NCBI GenBank assembly: GCA_039811685.1
Contig: JBDHZC010000001.1
Location: forward strand, 64,001 to 128,000
Direction of reading: 5' to 3'
DNA: 64,000 nucleotides
Source of the DNA: Armatimonadota bacterium
GTDB taxonomy: Bacteria; Armatimonadota; UBA5829; DSUL01
A model generated the notes under the pieces. It ran no database searches, had not been told where the DNA came from, and saw only the letters and a list, made by a program, of their open reading frames with translations. The position numbers were made by a program, and so were the translations under genes. Of this stretch, positions 1 through 9,820 are shown piece by piece; the first letter of the stretch is position 1; each line of letters begins with the position of its first letter.

Positions 1-1107
1 TATGCGGAGCACAAAGTCGCTGACTGGATTTTGCCGCTCTTGCATCACATGGGTTGGTTCCAGGTTGCTGCGGCGCATTCGGTCGCGACTGTCGTTGCTA
101 TCTCGGTGCTGACTTATTTTCATGTAGTCATTGGAGAGATGGCGCCAAAGTCGCTCGCTCTGTTCTTTCCTGAGCAGACGGCTCTGATGGTGAGTCTGCC
201 GATGAGCTGGACACAGCGGCTTCTCTATCCGCTCGTTGCCCTACTCAATGGTATCGGCAACCTGCTGCTGCGAGCGCTGCGGATTCCCTCGGCAACCGGC
301 TTCGCACACGTTCATTCCCCCGAAGAGCTGGAAATGATCGTTGAAGAAAGCCACGAAACGGGAGTACTGGGTGAAGAAGAGAGTGAGATTCTCGTTAATT
401 TGCTGCACTTCAGTGACCTGCAAGTGCGCAAAGTGATGGTTCCTCGCACCAGTGTTGTGGGAATAGAATACGACAGCCCCGTGCCAGAAATTGTGAAGAC
501 GGTGATTGAGTCGCGCCACACGCGCTACCCCGTGTGTCAGGATGGACTGGATCACATCGTCGGCATTCTGCACGTGAAGGAGCTTTTCAGAGAGATTCAC
601 CGGAACGCTGACAACCCGTCAATTGACCGCATGCTGCGCAAACCTGTCTTTGTTCCGGAACAGATGACAGTGGAGGATCTACTGGTGGAGTTTCGCAATC
701 ACCACTCGCAGGTGGCGGTCGTGATTGACGAGTACGGTGGCACAAGCGGTCTGGTTTCTCTGGAGGATGTCCTCGAGGAGATATTTGGTGAGGTGCAGGA
801 TGAGTTTGACGAAGAGTCACCGACCCTTCAGATAATCGACACGCGCAGCGCATCCGTGGATGGGCGGCTGAGACTGGATGAGTTTACGGAAGAGTTCGGA
901 CTTGATCTGGAGCGTCCGGACGTTGATACGATCGGTGGCCTGGTACAAGCAGAGTTGGGCAGACCGGCTATCGTCGGTGACTCAGTGACGGTGCAGGGGG
1001 CTCAGCTTGTGGTGACCGAGCTGGAAGGTCTGGCCGTTGGAAAGCTCTACGTTCTTCTTCCAGACGATTCCATGGATGACCCGGGATCTAGCGACCAAGG
1101 GCGATAA
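1..1107 (+). CDS. HlyC/CorC (CNNM + CBS pair + CorC_HlyC) family transporter, 5'-partial
   Basis: Frame open from base 1; VIGEMAPKS CNNM motif, CBS pair (VMVPRT, HTRYPV, VIDEYGGTSGLVSLEDVLEEIFGEVQDEFD), C-terminal DTIGG transporter-associated domain. Confidence 0.93.
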   Translation, partial: YAEHKVADWILPLLHHMGWFQVAAAHSVATVVAISVLTYFHVVIGEMAPKSLALFFPEQTALMVSLPMSWTQRLLYPLVALLNGIGNLLLRALRIPSATGFAHVHSPEELEMIVEESHETGVLGEEESEILVNLLHFSDLQVRKVMVPRTSVVGIEYDSPVPEIVKTVIESRHTRYPVCQDGLDHIVGILHVKELFREIHRNADNPSIDRMLRKPVFVPEQMTVEDLLVEFRNHHSQVAVVIDEYGGTSGLVSLEDVLEEIFGEVQDEFDEESPTLQIIDTRSASVDGRLRLDEFTEEFGLDLERPDVDTIGGLVQAELGRPAIVGDSVTVQGAQLVVTELEGLAVGKLYVLLPDDSMDDPGSSDQGR

Positions 1108-1223
1108 CAGGTGGAAAAAACCGGAACAAATCTGCGTCTGATACAGTCAGCACAGTGTTATGGCGTCGAGTGCGCTAAGCAGTTCTGAACGCCGACATTT
1201 TGGTTGAAGCTCTGGCAAACGTT

Positions 1224-1254
1224 AGCCCGGAGAAGCGCTTAGCTTCTCCGGGCT
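1224..1254. terminator. 13-bp perfect hairpin between convergent genes, probable terminator
   Basis: AGCCCGGAGAAGC-gctta-GCTTCTCCGGGCT; U-tracts weak on both strands. Confidence 0.6.
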
Positions 1255-1301
1255 GTCTCGTCTTGGAATACGGCAAATCTCGGGAACTGAACGCGGAAAG
1301 G

Positions 1302-2300
1302 CTAGTTTTTCGCTGAGACGGAACGCCTGATGACAGGCACTGTCAGCGCAACGATTTGCGCGTCTCTATCTGTCAGGTCACCGACAACTGCCACACACAT
1401 GTCACCGCGCTGAACGCCAGCGACTGTATCCCCGTCCAGACTGCCTGACGTGCAGTTTTTGCCGAACAGTTCCGTAAGGCCTGCCGCGTGGCATTTGTGC
1501 TTCGGATCGCTGGTTTCGAAAACCGTAAACGACCCGACTCCGTCAGAATACCTCAGCGCCGCAGACTGCATCCCGCACGCGCACGGACAGTCGTGGATGC
1601 CGTAACCTACAAGCTGGAAGCCGTCGGGAATTGTTCGGGGTTGCTTTGGAGTAAACTCTACAATCTTCTCCACCTGCTGCAGAGTCAGCGGGAATCTCTT
1701 TTTCTTCTTTGGGCTTATCGGTGGCGGAGAGTTTGCGGGTGCGCCGGGGCGCAGATCGACTATCCTGGTTTCTGCGATAAGAGTCTGCTTCGCGCTGATT
1801 TTGCGCCACCCTAGCGCCAGATGAGTCTGTCGGTCGATCCAGACCGTCAGCTCAGGCCGATTGGGAATGCGCGACCTGAGAATCAGTACGTCCGCCTCCC
1901 GGCCCGCAATGTCAGCTACTCCGGCGTAGACTGGAACGTAGTTTTTGCGCAACAGCCTCTCACGGTCTGCGCCCCGTCCTCCGGGGATAATTCCTCGCGG
2001 CCGTGCTGCATTGTTGTAGTCTATCTTCTTGCCGTCAGGAAGCGTCCCCGAGACTCTCAATCGTCCGTCTGATCCGTCAGCTTTGCTTGCCGGCCACTGC
2101 GCAATCTGAAGTTTGACTTCTTTGATCTCTCCGTTACTGGGGATCTTCGTTACTGCCACCGCACTGTAGCCGAGGTTAGAAGGCTGACGCACGGCTACGT
2201 CCACAAGCCGTAGCGCAACTTGCCGCGAGCGCTCCATGCGCACTGTGAACACGCCGCCAAATACCACGGCTAGCAAAGCTGCCCAAAGCCCAATTCGCAA
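1302..2300 (-). CDS. RseB/MucB-like periplasmic regulator (LolA-like fold plus DUF4367-like C-terminus)
   Basis: N-terminal hydrophobic segment; IAGREADVL..LTVWIDRQTHLAL and FTPKQPRTIPDGFQL..LRYSDGVGSFTVFE patterns; follows the anti-sigma gene. Start set at TTG 2300 just past the anti-sigma stop (ORF track start 2375). Confidence 0.65.
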   Translation of the reverse strand: MRIGLWAALLAVVFGGVFTVRMERSRQVALRLVDVAVRQPSNLGYSAVAVTKIPSNGEIKEVKLQIAQWPASKADGSDGRLRVSGTLPDGKKIDYNNAARPRGIIPGGRGADRERLLRKNYVPVYAGVADIAGREADVLILRSRIPNRPELTVWIDRQTHLALGWRKISAKQTLIAETRIVDLRPGAPANSPPPISPKKKKRFPLTLQQVEKIVEFTPKQPRTIPDGFQLVGYGIHDCPCACGMQSAALRYSDGVGSFTVFETSDPKHKCHAAGLTELFGKNCTSGSLDGDTVAGVQRGDMCVAVVGDLTDRDAQIVALTVPVIRRSVSAKN

Positions 2301-2301
2301 T

Positions 2302-2844
2302 CTACCTGATATGGTTGGGTTCTCCTCGTCCAGACGATGTAGAGGAACTGGCTTCCTCAGTCGCCAACGCAGCAACCACTACGCGAGACACTCGATCGTG
2401 AAGGCTCGTCTGCGCTCCAACGTCCTCGTGTCCGGCAATGTAGGCGCTACCGTAACGCGCTGTGTTGACTGGCGCCGTATAGCTGGAAGGATAGGGCTTC
2501 TGGTTCACTGGGACCAGAAAAGCAGCGATTGTAACCGCTATTGCAGAGGCCGCCAGGCCCGCTCGATGCCAGGCAGATGGGAGGAACTGGTGAATCCAAC
2601 TGTGGGTAGATGGCGAGCTTCGCATGGCTATTCGCCGCTGCACTTCAGGCCAGAGATCCGGAGTAGATGATACACTCAGGTGCGCAGCAAGCTGCCTGTC
2701 GAGCCCCTCAGAAATCTCAAGCTCGCGAGCGCAGGCACGGCAAGCAGAAACATGCTCACGTAACTCTTTTGCCTGCTCGGCGCTCAGAGTCTGATCGATA
2801 TACTCAAACAACAGTGCTGAAGCTTTTTGACAATCCATCATCAA
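2302..2844 (-). CDS. zf-HC2 (ZAS) membrane-anchored anti-sigma factor
   Basis: C..LLFEYID..EHVSACRAC (HxxxCxxC) followed by one TM helix; directly downstream of an ECF sigma. Confidence 0.9.
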   Translation of the reverse strand: MMMDCQKASALLFEYIDQTLSAEQAKELREHVSACRACARELEISEGLDRQLAAHLSVSSTPDLWPEVQRRIAMRSSPSTHSWIHQFLPSAWHRAGLAASAIAVTIAAFLVPVNQKPYPSSYTAPVNTARYGSAYIAGHEDVGAQTSLHDRVSRVVVAALATEEASSSTSSGRGEPNHIR

Positions 2845-2862
2845 ATACCAGCCGAAATCCCC

Positions 2863-3531
2863 TCAGTCAATATCTACCTGCATGTACTCCGCCAGCGCAA
2901 TCTTCAGCGCGTCTCGAGCCCTCGCGAGCCTTGATTTGACCGTCCCCTCTCTCACCTTCAGGATGTCCGCAATCTCATCCACACTCTTATGGTTTAGATA
3001 AAAGAGTATAATTGTCTCCCGCTGCCAGTCCGGCAGAGCCTGGATAGCGTCAGATATCTCTTCGCGCAACTCTGAGTCCATGACCTGGCTCAAAGGCTCT
3101 GCGGAGACGTCCGGAGTTTGAACCGCAAGATTCTCCGACCCATCGACCTGATCGTCGTAAGAGAATGTCTTGCGCGATGCTCTCCTGCGTCCAAGGTCTC
3201 TGCACAGGTTCAGCGCAACGCGGCTGAGCCACGGGAGCACGTGAGAGCCGGATTCAATCCTTCGAAATGCTTCGTAAGCTCGCGCAAAGGTCTCCGCCGT
3301 CACATCCTCGGCGTCCGTGGCAGAACGGGTGAGGCGCACACTCAGGGAGTATATGCGCTTCACATACTTCTGATACAGCTCTTCGAAAGCGCGTTCGTCG
3401 CCGCCTTTCCATCGCTGCAGAAGACGTCCATCTTCGACTGACCGCACAGCTCTGTCGCGCTCTTCGCGAGACCGCGGTTGCTCATCCGGATCTGTTCTAT
3501 TCCGGACGCGCACGCCCTGTTTCCCTGTCAT
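2863..3531 (-). CDS. ECF sigma-70 factor (RpoE/SigW-like)
   Basis: Region 2 GDERAFEELY..DAEDVTAETF..WLSRVALNLCRD; region 4 EIADILKVREGTVKSRLARAR. True start may be GTG 3513. Confidence 0.95.
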   Translation of the reverse strand: MTGKQGVRVRNRTDPDEQPRSREERDRAVRSVEDGRLLQRWKGGDERAFEELYQKYVKRIYSLSVRLTRSATDAEDVTAETFARAYEAFRRIESGSHVLPWLSRVALNLCRDLGRRRASRKTFSYDDQVDGSENLAVQTPDVSAEPLSQVMDSELREEISDAIQALPDWQRETIILFYLNHKSVDEIADILKVREGTVKSRLARARDALKIALAEYMQVDID

Positions 3532-3555
3532 ACGTCTGAGCGCTCAACCGGTTCC
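3531..3555 (-). promoter_or_regulatory. putative ECF autoregulatory promoter GGAAC-N16-CGTA
   Basis: Minus strand reads GGAAC cggttgagcgctcaga CGTA immediately before the sigma gene; matches the common ECF -35 GGAAC / -10 CGT pattern. Confidence 0.5.
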
Positions 3556-3598
3556 ACTTATGCAGATTTGTCATTGTCCTGAGTGTCAAGAGGAAGAC

Positions 3599-4144
3599 TC
3601 AGCGCTGCTTGCCATCGACTCCCAGGTTTTCCATCAACTTCTGATACTGCTTTATCCTCAGCTCCTCAACTGTCTTTTTCTGCTTTTTGGTTAGCATCGC
3701 CTGCGCCTTGGTCCAGTACGACTCGGTGATACTCCTCTTCTCTTTGTAGAGCTTCGCAAACTCGGGGTCTATCGCGCTGATTGTAGCGCCATTCTCTTTT
3801 TCGGGACTGGTGGCGCGGTTTTGGATATTTCCCAGTTTCTGGTCGATTGCTTTCTGCTTTGCCTGTTCCTCATTGACTAGCGTTTGAATCCTTGAGGCTT
3901 GCGTATGTGTAAGCTCCAACGTACGGCTGTTTTCCAGCAGGAAGGACACCTCGGGAGTTGGCCCCTGCTGGCGTCCTGTAGACAGCTTTGCGCTCTGCCC
4001 TTTGCTATGGTCTGCGGGGGGCGGCTGGTGCTCATCAACTCCTCGAATAGCAAACAGCACAGCGATCATCACGAGGGCGATAAGAGTGCCAGGCCCAAAG
4101 AAAAACGGTGGCCTGCGAGTTGGGTTAGTGGGACCAGAGCTCAT
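3599..4144 (-). CDS. Spy/CpxP-like periplasmic helical protein
   Basis: N-terminal membrane anchor; two LTxxQ motifs (LELTHTQ, MLTKKQ) around a helical core. Confidence 0.55.
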   Translation of the reverse strand: MSSGPTNPTRRPPFFFGPGTLIALVMIAVLFAIRGVDEHQPPPADHSKGQSAKLSTGRQQGPTPEVSFLLENSRTLELTHTQASRIQTLVNEEQAKQKAIDQKLGNIQNRATSPEKENGATISAIDPEFAKLYKEKRSITESYWTKAQAMLTKKQKKTVEELRIKQYQKLMENLGVDGKQR

Positions 4145-4582
4145 ATCCTTATTCCGGGTATCCTTTCGGTGGGTCTCTTTTATCCTAAGTCTTTGACGGC
4201 ACTTTCAGGGAATATGCTGCCAAATGGAAAGTTTTGCACGCCCGGCCTTCTTCAAGCCAGCCGCAGTTCAGGATACGGATCTGAAATTGTCCTGTCCAGC
4301 GGACGTGTTTTTCCAGGAATACCTGGAACCACTCTGTATGTGCTGCCGTAGATAGTGGTGGGAGGCAGGCCTGGCGCCACTGATGACCTTGGCAAAAGGT
4401 AATCAGTGAGGGTTTCGGATGAGTCCGCGTACTGATTCGAAAGCTCATGACGTCTTAGGTCTGTAACCTGAAGACTGTTTCCAGAAGAAGACACGAGCCC
4501 AGGGATGGGTATGAATCCGCGATCTTTGGGTTCCGTGTAATACCCGCTTCTGGATTGGCAGAAGTATTAGAAAGGGGTACGC

Positions 4583-4918
4583 GTGGACACTGTTTCATCC
4601 GCTATTACTGAAGTGCCTGCTACGGAGACCGTGAATCCAATGGACGGGTCGGTCGTCGTGCATCCAGCGGGTCCACTTGACCGCAGTGGTGCGGTTCGTT
4701 TGACACTCCAACTGATCGCTCGTCTGGCGCGTGGCTGCAAGAGGATAATCCTCGACTTCAAAAAAGTCCCGTATATCGACAGTGACGGAATTCGCGCGTT
4801 GCTGAAAGTCATGCAGCAGCATACGGATGTTCCTTTTGAAGTTCACAATGCCAACCAGCGCATTCAGCGCATACTGACACTCACCAGAGTTACGGACAAA
4901 CTCCTTTTGAAGACCTGA
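4583..4918 (+). CDS. STAS-domain anti-sigma factor antagonist
   Basis: GPLD..IILDFKKVPYIDSDGIRALL..IQRILTLT; AGGGG RBS before GTG. Confidence 0.88.
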   Translation: MDTVSSAITEVPATETVNPMDGSVVVHPAGPLDRSGAVRLTLQLIARLARGCKRIILDFKKVPYIDSDGIRALLKVMQQHTDVPFEVHNANQRIQRILTLTRVTDKLLLKT

Positions 4919-4989
4919 GATGCCTCATCACGCAAGTGCGCAGGTGGGCGACGCCGGCCTGAGGTAGAATGCGCTGGTGAGAGTCACTG

Positions 4990-5727
4990 ATGCATGATTG
5001 TGGTCAATTCACCGCTGCCCGCGCGCATGGTTGGCGACGACGTGGGTTCACACTGATTGAGCTCCTCGTCGTTATCGCGATCACTGCAATTCTGGCTGCG
5101 ATTCTATTTCCGGTTTACGGCGCTGCCCGCCGGAAGGCCTCCGTGACCGCGTGTCTTTCAAACCTGAAGCAGCTTAGCACTGCACTGCGCATGTATGTGG
5201 ATGACGCTGGAGGGCGGTATCCCTGGAATGCCGGACCGAGGTTTTCCCCATCACAGGTGGCAGATATCGGCCTTCCCCGCGATGATCCATCGGACAAATC
5301 GAACCGCCTCGACGGTGCGCCTGTGCGGCGTCTCCTCCACCCGTACGTGCGCTCGGGTGCTGTCTGGTATTGCCCGGCGCTCCCTCTGCGCTCTGCGCGC
5401 ACCATGGAGAGCGGCTCTCTTCTTCCCGGAGAAGAGGACCCGAAAGGGGAGGGCGTTGCGACAGATTATCAGGTGAACCCCTACGTATTTGTGAACTCTA
5501 TCCCCTATGCCAGGCTGTCGGGGGTTCAAAGCGAGCGGCCGCACGCCGGGCCGGTTTTGGAATCGGACGTTATACTTCCGGAGAAGCTGCGCATTTTTCA
5601 GGACTTTTGGAACCAGACGGGCGGTGTGCATAGTGGCGGAGTCAACACGGCCCGGGCCGATGGTTCGGCAGCATGGCAGAAAGCGCAGATCGGCATCACG
5701 AACATCGTCTGGTGGGCGCAGCAGTAA
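4990..5727 (+). CDS. prepilin N-terminal cleavage/methylation protein, DUF1559-like with H-X9-DG motif
   Basis: [38 protein letters not shown]-terminal [12 protein letters not shown]. Confidence 0.9.
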   Translation: MHDCGQFTAARAHGWRRRGFTLIELLVVIAITAILAAILFPVYGAARRKASVTACLSNLKQLSTALRMYVDDAGGRYPWNAGPRFSPSQVADIGLPRDDPSDKSNRLDGAPVRRLLHPYVRSGAVWYCPALPLRSARTMESGSLLPGEEDPKGEGVATDYQVNPYVFVNSIPYARLSGVQSERPHAGPVLESDVILPEKLRIFQDFWNQTGGVHSGGVNTARADGSAAWQKAQIGITNIVWWAQQ

Positions 5728-5748
5728 AGCATTGGTAGAGGGAGGCGG

Positions 5749-6975
5749 TTGAACGAAATGGTGAGCTTGTCTGGCGGACACACGCGGCGGCTGGTTGTGA
5801 CTGTCGTTTGTGCCCTCGCGCTTGGTGGCTGTGCGCGCGCAGCCAATGCTCCACAGGTGTCCTCATCCAGTCACGGCGCTCTGGGAAAGGGCGTGCCAGC
5901 CTTCACGGTGCGACCTGGATACAGGGTGACTCTGGCGGCGGATAATATCCCCGGCGCTCGCTTCCTTCAACTCGACGACAAGGGCGCCCTCTACGTAAGC
6001 CGTCCGGCGCAGGGTGACATTCTGGCTCTCAGAGATACAAACGGAGACGGCGTCTTTGACAGGCGCAGCACTTACATATCCGGCAAGCCTCAGGCGCACG
6101 GGATGGATTTCCGCGACGGCTGGCTCTGGTTTTCGCAGAGCCGCGCCATTTATAAGACTCGCGACACAAACGGCGACGGCAAAGCGGATGAAGTCACGCA
6201 GGTTCTTGGAGAGGACAGCCTGCCCGGAGGCACCGGACACTGGTGGCGGTCTCTATTGGTGACCGACCAGTACATCTACACCTCTGTTGGCGATCCCGGA
6301 AACGCGACAGATCAGACCGACACAGAGCGTGAAAAGATCTACCGCTTCAACCTGGATGGGTCTGGAAAGCATCTGTTCAGCTCAGGGATTCGCAATACCG
6401 AGAAACTCCGGCTGCGCCCGGGCACTCAAGAAGTGTGGGGGTGTGATCACGGCAGCGATAACTACGGAGCGGAGCTTGGTGAAAAGCAGGGTTCCCTGCA
6501 GCCTGTCACGGATGAAAATCCACCCTGTGAATTCAACTACTACGTAGATGGCGGCTTCTACGGTCATCCCTTTGTCGTCGGCAACCATCTGCCACGCCTG
6601 GAGTACATGAAGCGGCCTGACATTTTGGAGCTGGCGGCAAAGACGATCTCTCCTGCGTGGGACTTCGGAGCGCACTGGGCGCCTAATGGCTGGTGCTTCT
6701 TGAATAGCGATTACTTCGGTGAACACCATCAGGGAGACGCCTTCATCGCGTGTCACGGCTCCTGGAACAGCAGCAAGCGGGTGGGATACCGCGTTCAGAG
6801 AGTGCTTTTTGACAAGGTTACCGGTAAACCGTATGGTTCACTGGCGATTGTGGAGACCTTGGGCAAAAATGGAGATGTTCTGGCCCGGCCGGTCGATTGC
6901 GTTGAAGCAGGAGACGGTACAATCCTGTGGAGCTGCGACGACACTGGCCGAATATATCGAATTGAGAAAGCGTAG
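5749..6975 (+). CDS. glucose/sorbosone dehydrogenase family beta-propeller lipoprotein
   Basis: Lipobox LALGGC; two DTNGDG Ca-binding-like loops; SGIRN, GGFYGHP, AHWAP, HGSWN, RPVD motifs. Confidence 0.85.
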   Translation: MNEMVSLSGGHTRRLVVTVVCALALGGCARAANAPQVSSSSHGALGKGVPAFTVRPGYRVTLAADNIPGARFLQLDDKGALYVSRPAQGDILALRDTNGDGVFDRRSTYISGKPQAHGMDFRDGWLWFSQSRAIYKTRDTNGDGKADEVTQVLGEDSLPGGTGHWWRSLLVTDQYIYTSVGDPGNATDQTDTEREKIYRFNLDGSGKHLFSSGIRNTEKLRLRPGTQEVWGCDHGSDNYGAELGEKQGSLQPVTDENPPCEFNYYVDGGFYGHPFVVGNHLPRLEYMKRPDILELAAKTISPAWDFGAHWAPNGWCFLNSDYFGEHHQGDAFIACHGSWNSSKRVGYRVQRVLFDKVTGKPYGSLAIVETLGKNGDVLARPVDCVEAGDGTILWSCDDTGRIYRIEKA

Positions 6976-6977
6976 CA

Positions 6978-7559
6978 ATGATAGAAAAGAACAAGAGCGC
7001 AAGTGTGTTTGCCCGGACTTTGGACCGTTTCAAAATCCCGCTGGTAGTGAGCGCGGGCGTTGTAGTGGTTTGCGGGGCAGTCCTCGCGGCTACAGCGCCA
7101 AAAGTGTCGGCCTTCGCGCCCGTTGACTACTTCCAGGCTAAGTGCGCCAGCTGTCACGGTAAGTACGGCGCAATGATGCTCAAGACTATTGTCAAGCGCT
7201 CTGATGCACAACTCAAGCAGGACGTGCAGCAGATGGCGGCTGTGCACTCCCGAGCGCCATTGTCCGGTGACAGGCTGAGCGCGGAGATTGCCTACAACCG
7301 CAGTCTCAAAGATGGCAAGCCCTTCGTCATTCTCACGTCTGCAACGTCTTCACGCCTTGCTGGCGAAATGACGCCCGGATCGGCTGTAACTGTGAAGTCC
7401 GGGGCTACCTCGCTGAAAGCCAGCGCCAGCGGTCATCAGTGGAGTGTGTCTGTCCCGAAGAAGTTTGATATTTCAAAGGCGGCAGTCACAGTCAAAAACG
7501 GCAAAGGCGCCAGCACAATCCAGATTGCAAAGCAAGCTTATTCCCACGCGAAGGGTTAG
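6978..7559 (+). CDS. monoheme c-type cytochrome with C-terminal beta-rich domain
   Basis: Export signal, single CASCH heme motif, candidate axial Met downstream. Confidence 0.75.
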   Translation: MIEKNKSASVFARTLDRFKIPLVVSAGVVVVCGAVLAATAPKVSAFAPVDYFQAKCASCHGKYGAMMLKTIVKRSDAQLKQDVQQMAAVHSRAPLSGDRLSAEIAYNRSLKDGKPFVILTSATSSRLAGEMTPGSAVTVKSGATSLKASASGHQWSVSVPKKFDISKAAVTVKNGKGASTIQIAKQAYSHAKG

Positions 7560-7562
7560 CGC

Positions 7563-9233
7563 TTGAGTACCTACGTTCTGGGACTGGATTTTGGAACTCT
7601 CTCTGTCCGGGCGCTGCTTGTCGCAGTTGAGGACGGGCGCGAGGTTGCCTGCGCTGTCTCAGACTATAAACACGGCGTAATTGACCAGACCCTTCCCGAA
7701 ACGGGCGAAGCTCTTCCGCCGGACTGGGCGCTGCAGCATCCACAGGACTACCTGGACGCAATGACTGCTGCCGTCCGGGAGGTCATGTCGATCTCCGGAG
7801 TCGCTCCGGCCAGTGTTATTGGTATTGGAACCGACTTTACTGCGTGCACGATGCTGCCGGTTAACTCCTTCGGCGTACCTCTGGCGCTTGATCCCAAATG
7901 GGCTGGCCACAAACACGCCTGGGTCAAACTCTGGAAGCATCACGCAGCTCAGCCACAGGCCAATCGTATCAACGAGGTGGCAGAGGCTGCGGGAGAGAGT
8001 TTCCTCCAGCGCTACGGCGGCAAGATCAGCTCCGAATGGTTTTTCTCCAAAACCCTCCAGCTTCTGGAGGAAGCGCCGGAAGTCTACCGGGCGGCCGATC
8101 GTCTGATAGAAGCCTCCGACTGGATTGTCTGGCAGCTTACCGGAGTTGAAACCAGGAACGCCTGCACCGCCGGGTACAAAGCAATGTGGGAGAAGGCCAG
8201 CGGATTTCCTTCCAGCGCTTTCTTCCGCTGTTTGGATCCGGAGTTCGAGCACGTTGTAGATGAGAAGATGCTCCGACATATCGCCCCGATTGGAGAAAAA
8301 GCCGGAGAGCTGACGGCGCAGATGGCCGAGAGACTGGGGCTGAGTGCCGGGACTGCGGTGGCTGTGGGCAACATAGATGCGCACGTGGCGGTGCCTGCTA
8401 CGACTGTGGCCGGGGAAGGGGTGATGGTCGCGATTATGGGTACCAGCACGTGCCACATGGTACTCGGCAGGGAAGCGCGCATTGTCGAGGGTATGTGCGG
8501 TTATGTCGAAGATGGAATTCTTCCAGGGTTCTTTGGTTTCGAGGCAGGGCAGTCATGCGTGGGCGATCATTTCGCGTGGTTCGCGGAGAACTGCGTGCCG
8601 GCGTCCTACGAACGTGAAGCTGAAGAGCGCTCTCTGAGCGTTCACGAGCTTTTGACAGAGAAGGCTGCGCAGCTCAGACCCGGGGAAAGCGGCCTGTTGG
8701 CGCTCGACTGGTGGAATGGCAACCGCAGTGTGCTGGTGGATGCGGATCTCACAGGCTTGTTAGTTGGCTGCACGCTCAATACGCGTCCAGAAGAAATCTA
8801 CCGGGCGTTGATAGAGGCAACGGCCTTTGGTACTAACATCATTATCGAGGCTTTTGTGTCGAATGGCATTGAGGTCAATGAGATTGTCGCATGCGGGGGG
8901 CTGCCAGATCGAAACGAACTGCTTATGCAGATTTATGCGGACGTAACAGGGCGGGAGTTCAAAATTGCTGAGTCCGCACAGACCTGCGCGCTGGGTTCCG
9001 CGATGTGGGGTGCGGTGGCGGCCGGCAAAGCCCGCGGAGGCTATGACGACATCGCTGAGGCGGCCAGGCGTATGGCTCGCGTCAGGGATTGTTCCTTCAA
9101 GCCAGTAGCTGAAAATCACGCCATATATCGGAAGCTTTTCATTGAGTATCAAAAGCTCCACGACTACTTCGGGAGAGAGGGCAGCAACGCCATGAAGACG
9201 TTGAAGAACCTCAGAAAGCAGCAGCTCCAGTAA
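7563..9233 (+). CDS. araB: L-ribulokinase
   Basis: [60 protein letters not shown]: AraB-type FGGY kinase. Confidence 0.92.
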   Translation: MSTYVLGLDFGTLSVRALLVAVEDGREVACAVSDYKHGVIDQTLPETGEALPPDWALQHPQDYLDAMTAAVREVMSISGVAPASVIGIGTDFTACTMLPVNSFGVPLALDPKWAGHKHAWVKLWKHHAAQPQANRINEVAEAAGESFLQRYGGKISSEWFFSKTLQLLEEAPEVYRAADRLIEASDWIVWQLTGVETRNACTAGYKAMWEKASGFPSSAFFRCLDPEFEHVVDEKMLRHIAPIGEKAGELTAQMAERLGLSAGTAVAVGNIDAHVAVPATTVAGEGVMVAIMGTSTCHMVLGREARIVEGMCGYVEDGILPGFFGFEAGQSCVGDHFAWFAENCVPASYEREAEERSLSVHELLTEKAAQLRPGESGLLALDWWNGNRSVLVDADLTGLLVGCTLNTRPEEIYRALIEATAFGTNIIIEAFVSNGIEVNEIVACGGLPDRNELLMQIYADVTGREFKIAESAQTCALGSAMWGAVAAGKARGGYDDIAEAARRMARVRDCSFKPVAENHAIYRKLFIEYQKLHDYFGREGSNAMKTLKNLRKQQLQ

Positions 9234-9327
9234 ACCTTCCGCCCGAACCACTCGGTCCCGGCTCTACGCCCGTCATCGCGGTGCCAGCCTGGCGCTGTAA
9301 TTCTAGCCGAGGACTTCCTGCCGTTCA

Positions 9328-9356
9328 TTGTTTCTGAGATCCGGATACGATATAAT
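9328..9356 (+). promoter_or_regulatory. sigma70-type promoter TTGTTT-N17-TATAAT
   Basis: Perfect -10 box with 17-nt spacer, 17 nt upstream of ATG 9374. Confidence 0.6.
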
Positions 9357-9373
9357 GGCCCTGGGAAGAGTCT

Positions 9374-9664
9374 ATGCTTGACCGGAGCTCGTCACTCAGG
9401 CGAATAGTAGCTTTCTGGTTGATAGTCGCGGTTTCGCTGACTGTGAGCTTGACCGCATCCCATGGGCATCCCACAGACACACTTGGCGACAACTGCCAGA
9501 TCTGTCTTGCCTCTCACAGCTCCTCCGTTGCAGCGCTTCCTGCAGTGGCTCAGGCGCCTGTAGTCTCCGTAATAGATTTACCTCTGATCTCCACCTGCCT
9601 CAGCGAGCTCTCCAACTGCGCTCTCAGCTCCGATTCTCGCGCTCCTCCTTCAGTTCTCTCTTAG
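9374..9664 (+). CDS. DUF2946/CruR-like leader peptide (TM, HxH, CxxC, C-terminal RAPP)
   Basis: Hydrophobic N-terminus, SHGH, CQIC, Pro/Ala-rich linker, SRAPP four residues before the stop; first gene ahead of a metal-uptake operon. Confidence 0.8.
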   Translation: MLDRSSSLRRIVAFWLIVAVSLTVSLTASHGHPTDTLGDNCQICLASHSSSVAALPAVAQAPVVSVIDLPLISTCLSELSNCALSSDSRAPPSVLS

Positions 9665-9820
9665 GTTCAGTCTCTGCTTCTGTCTACCGCTGTACGCCGG
9701 TTTCAGCTTATGCTTCCGCAACGCAAGAGCTGCCCGCTGCGTGCGCAGAGAAGGGCCGCTGTTTGGAGACTGGCACGTCCCCGCGCATCCTTGCGCTCGT
9801 TGACCGAGATTTGAGGGAAC

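Noticed and set aside
4185..4494. Two short minus-strand ORFs (87 aa and 80 aa) between the Spy-like gene and the STAS gene
   Set aside because: No RBS, no recognisable motif and mutually overlapping; neither can be supported
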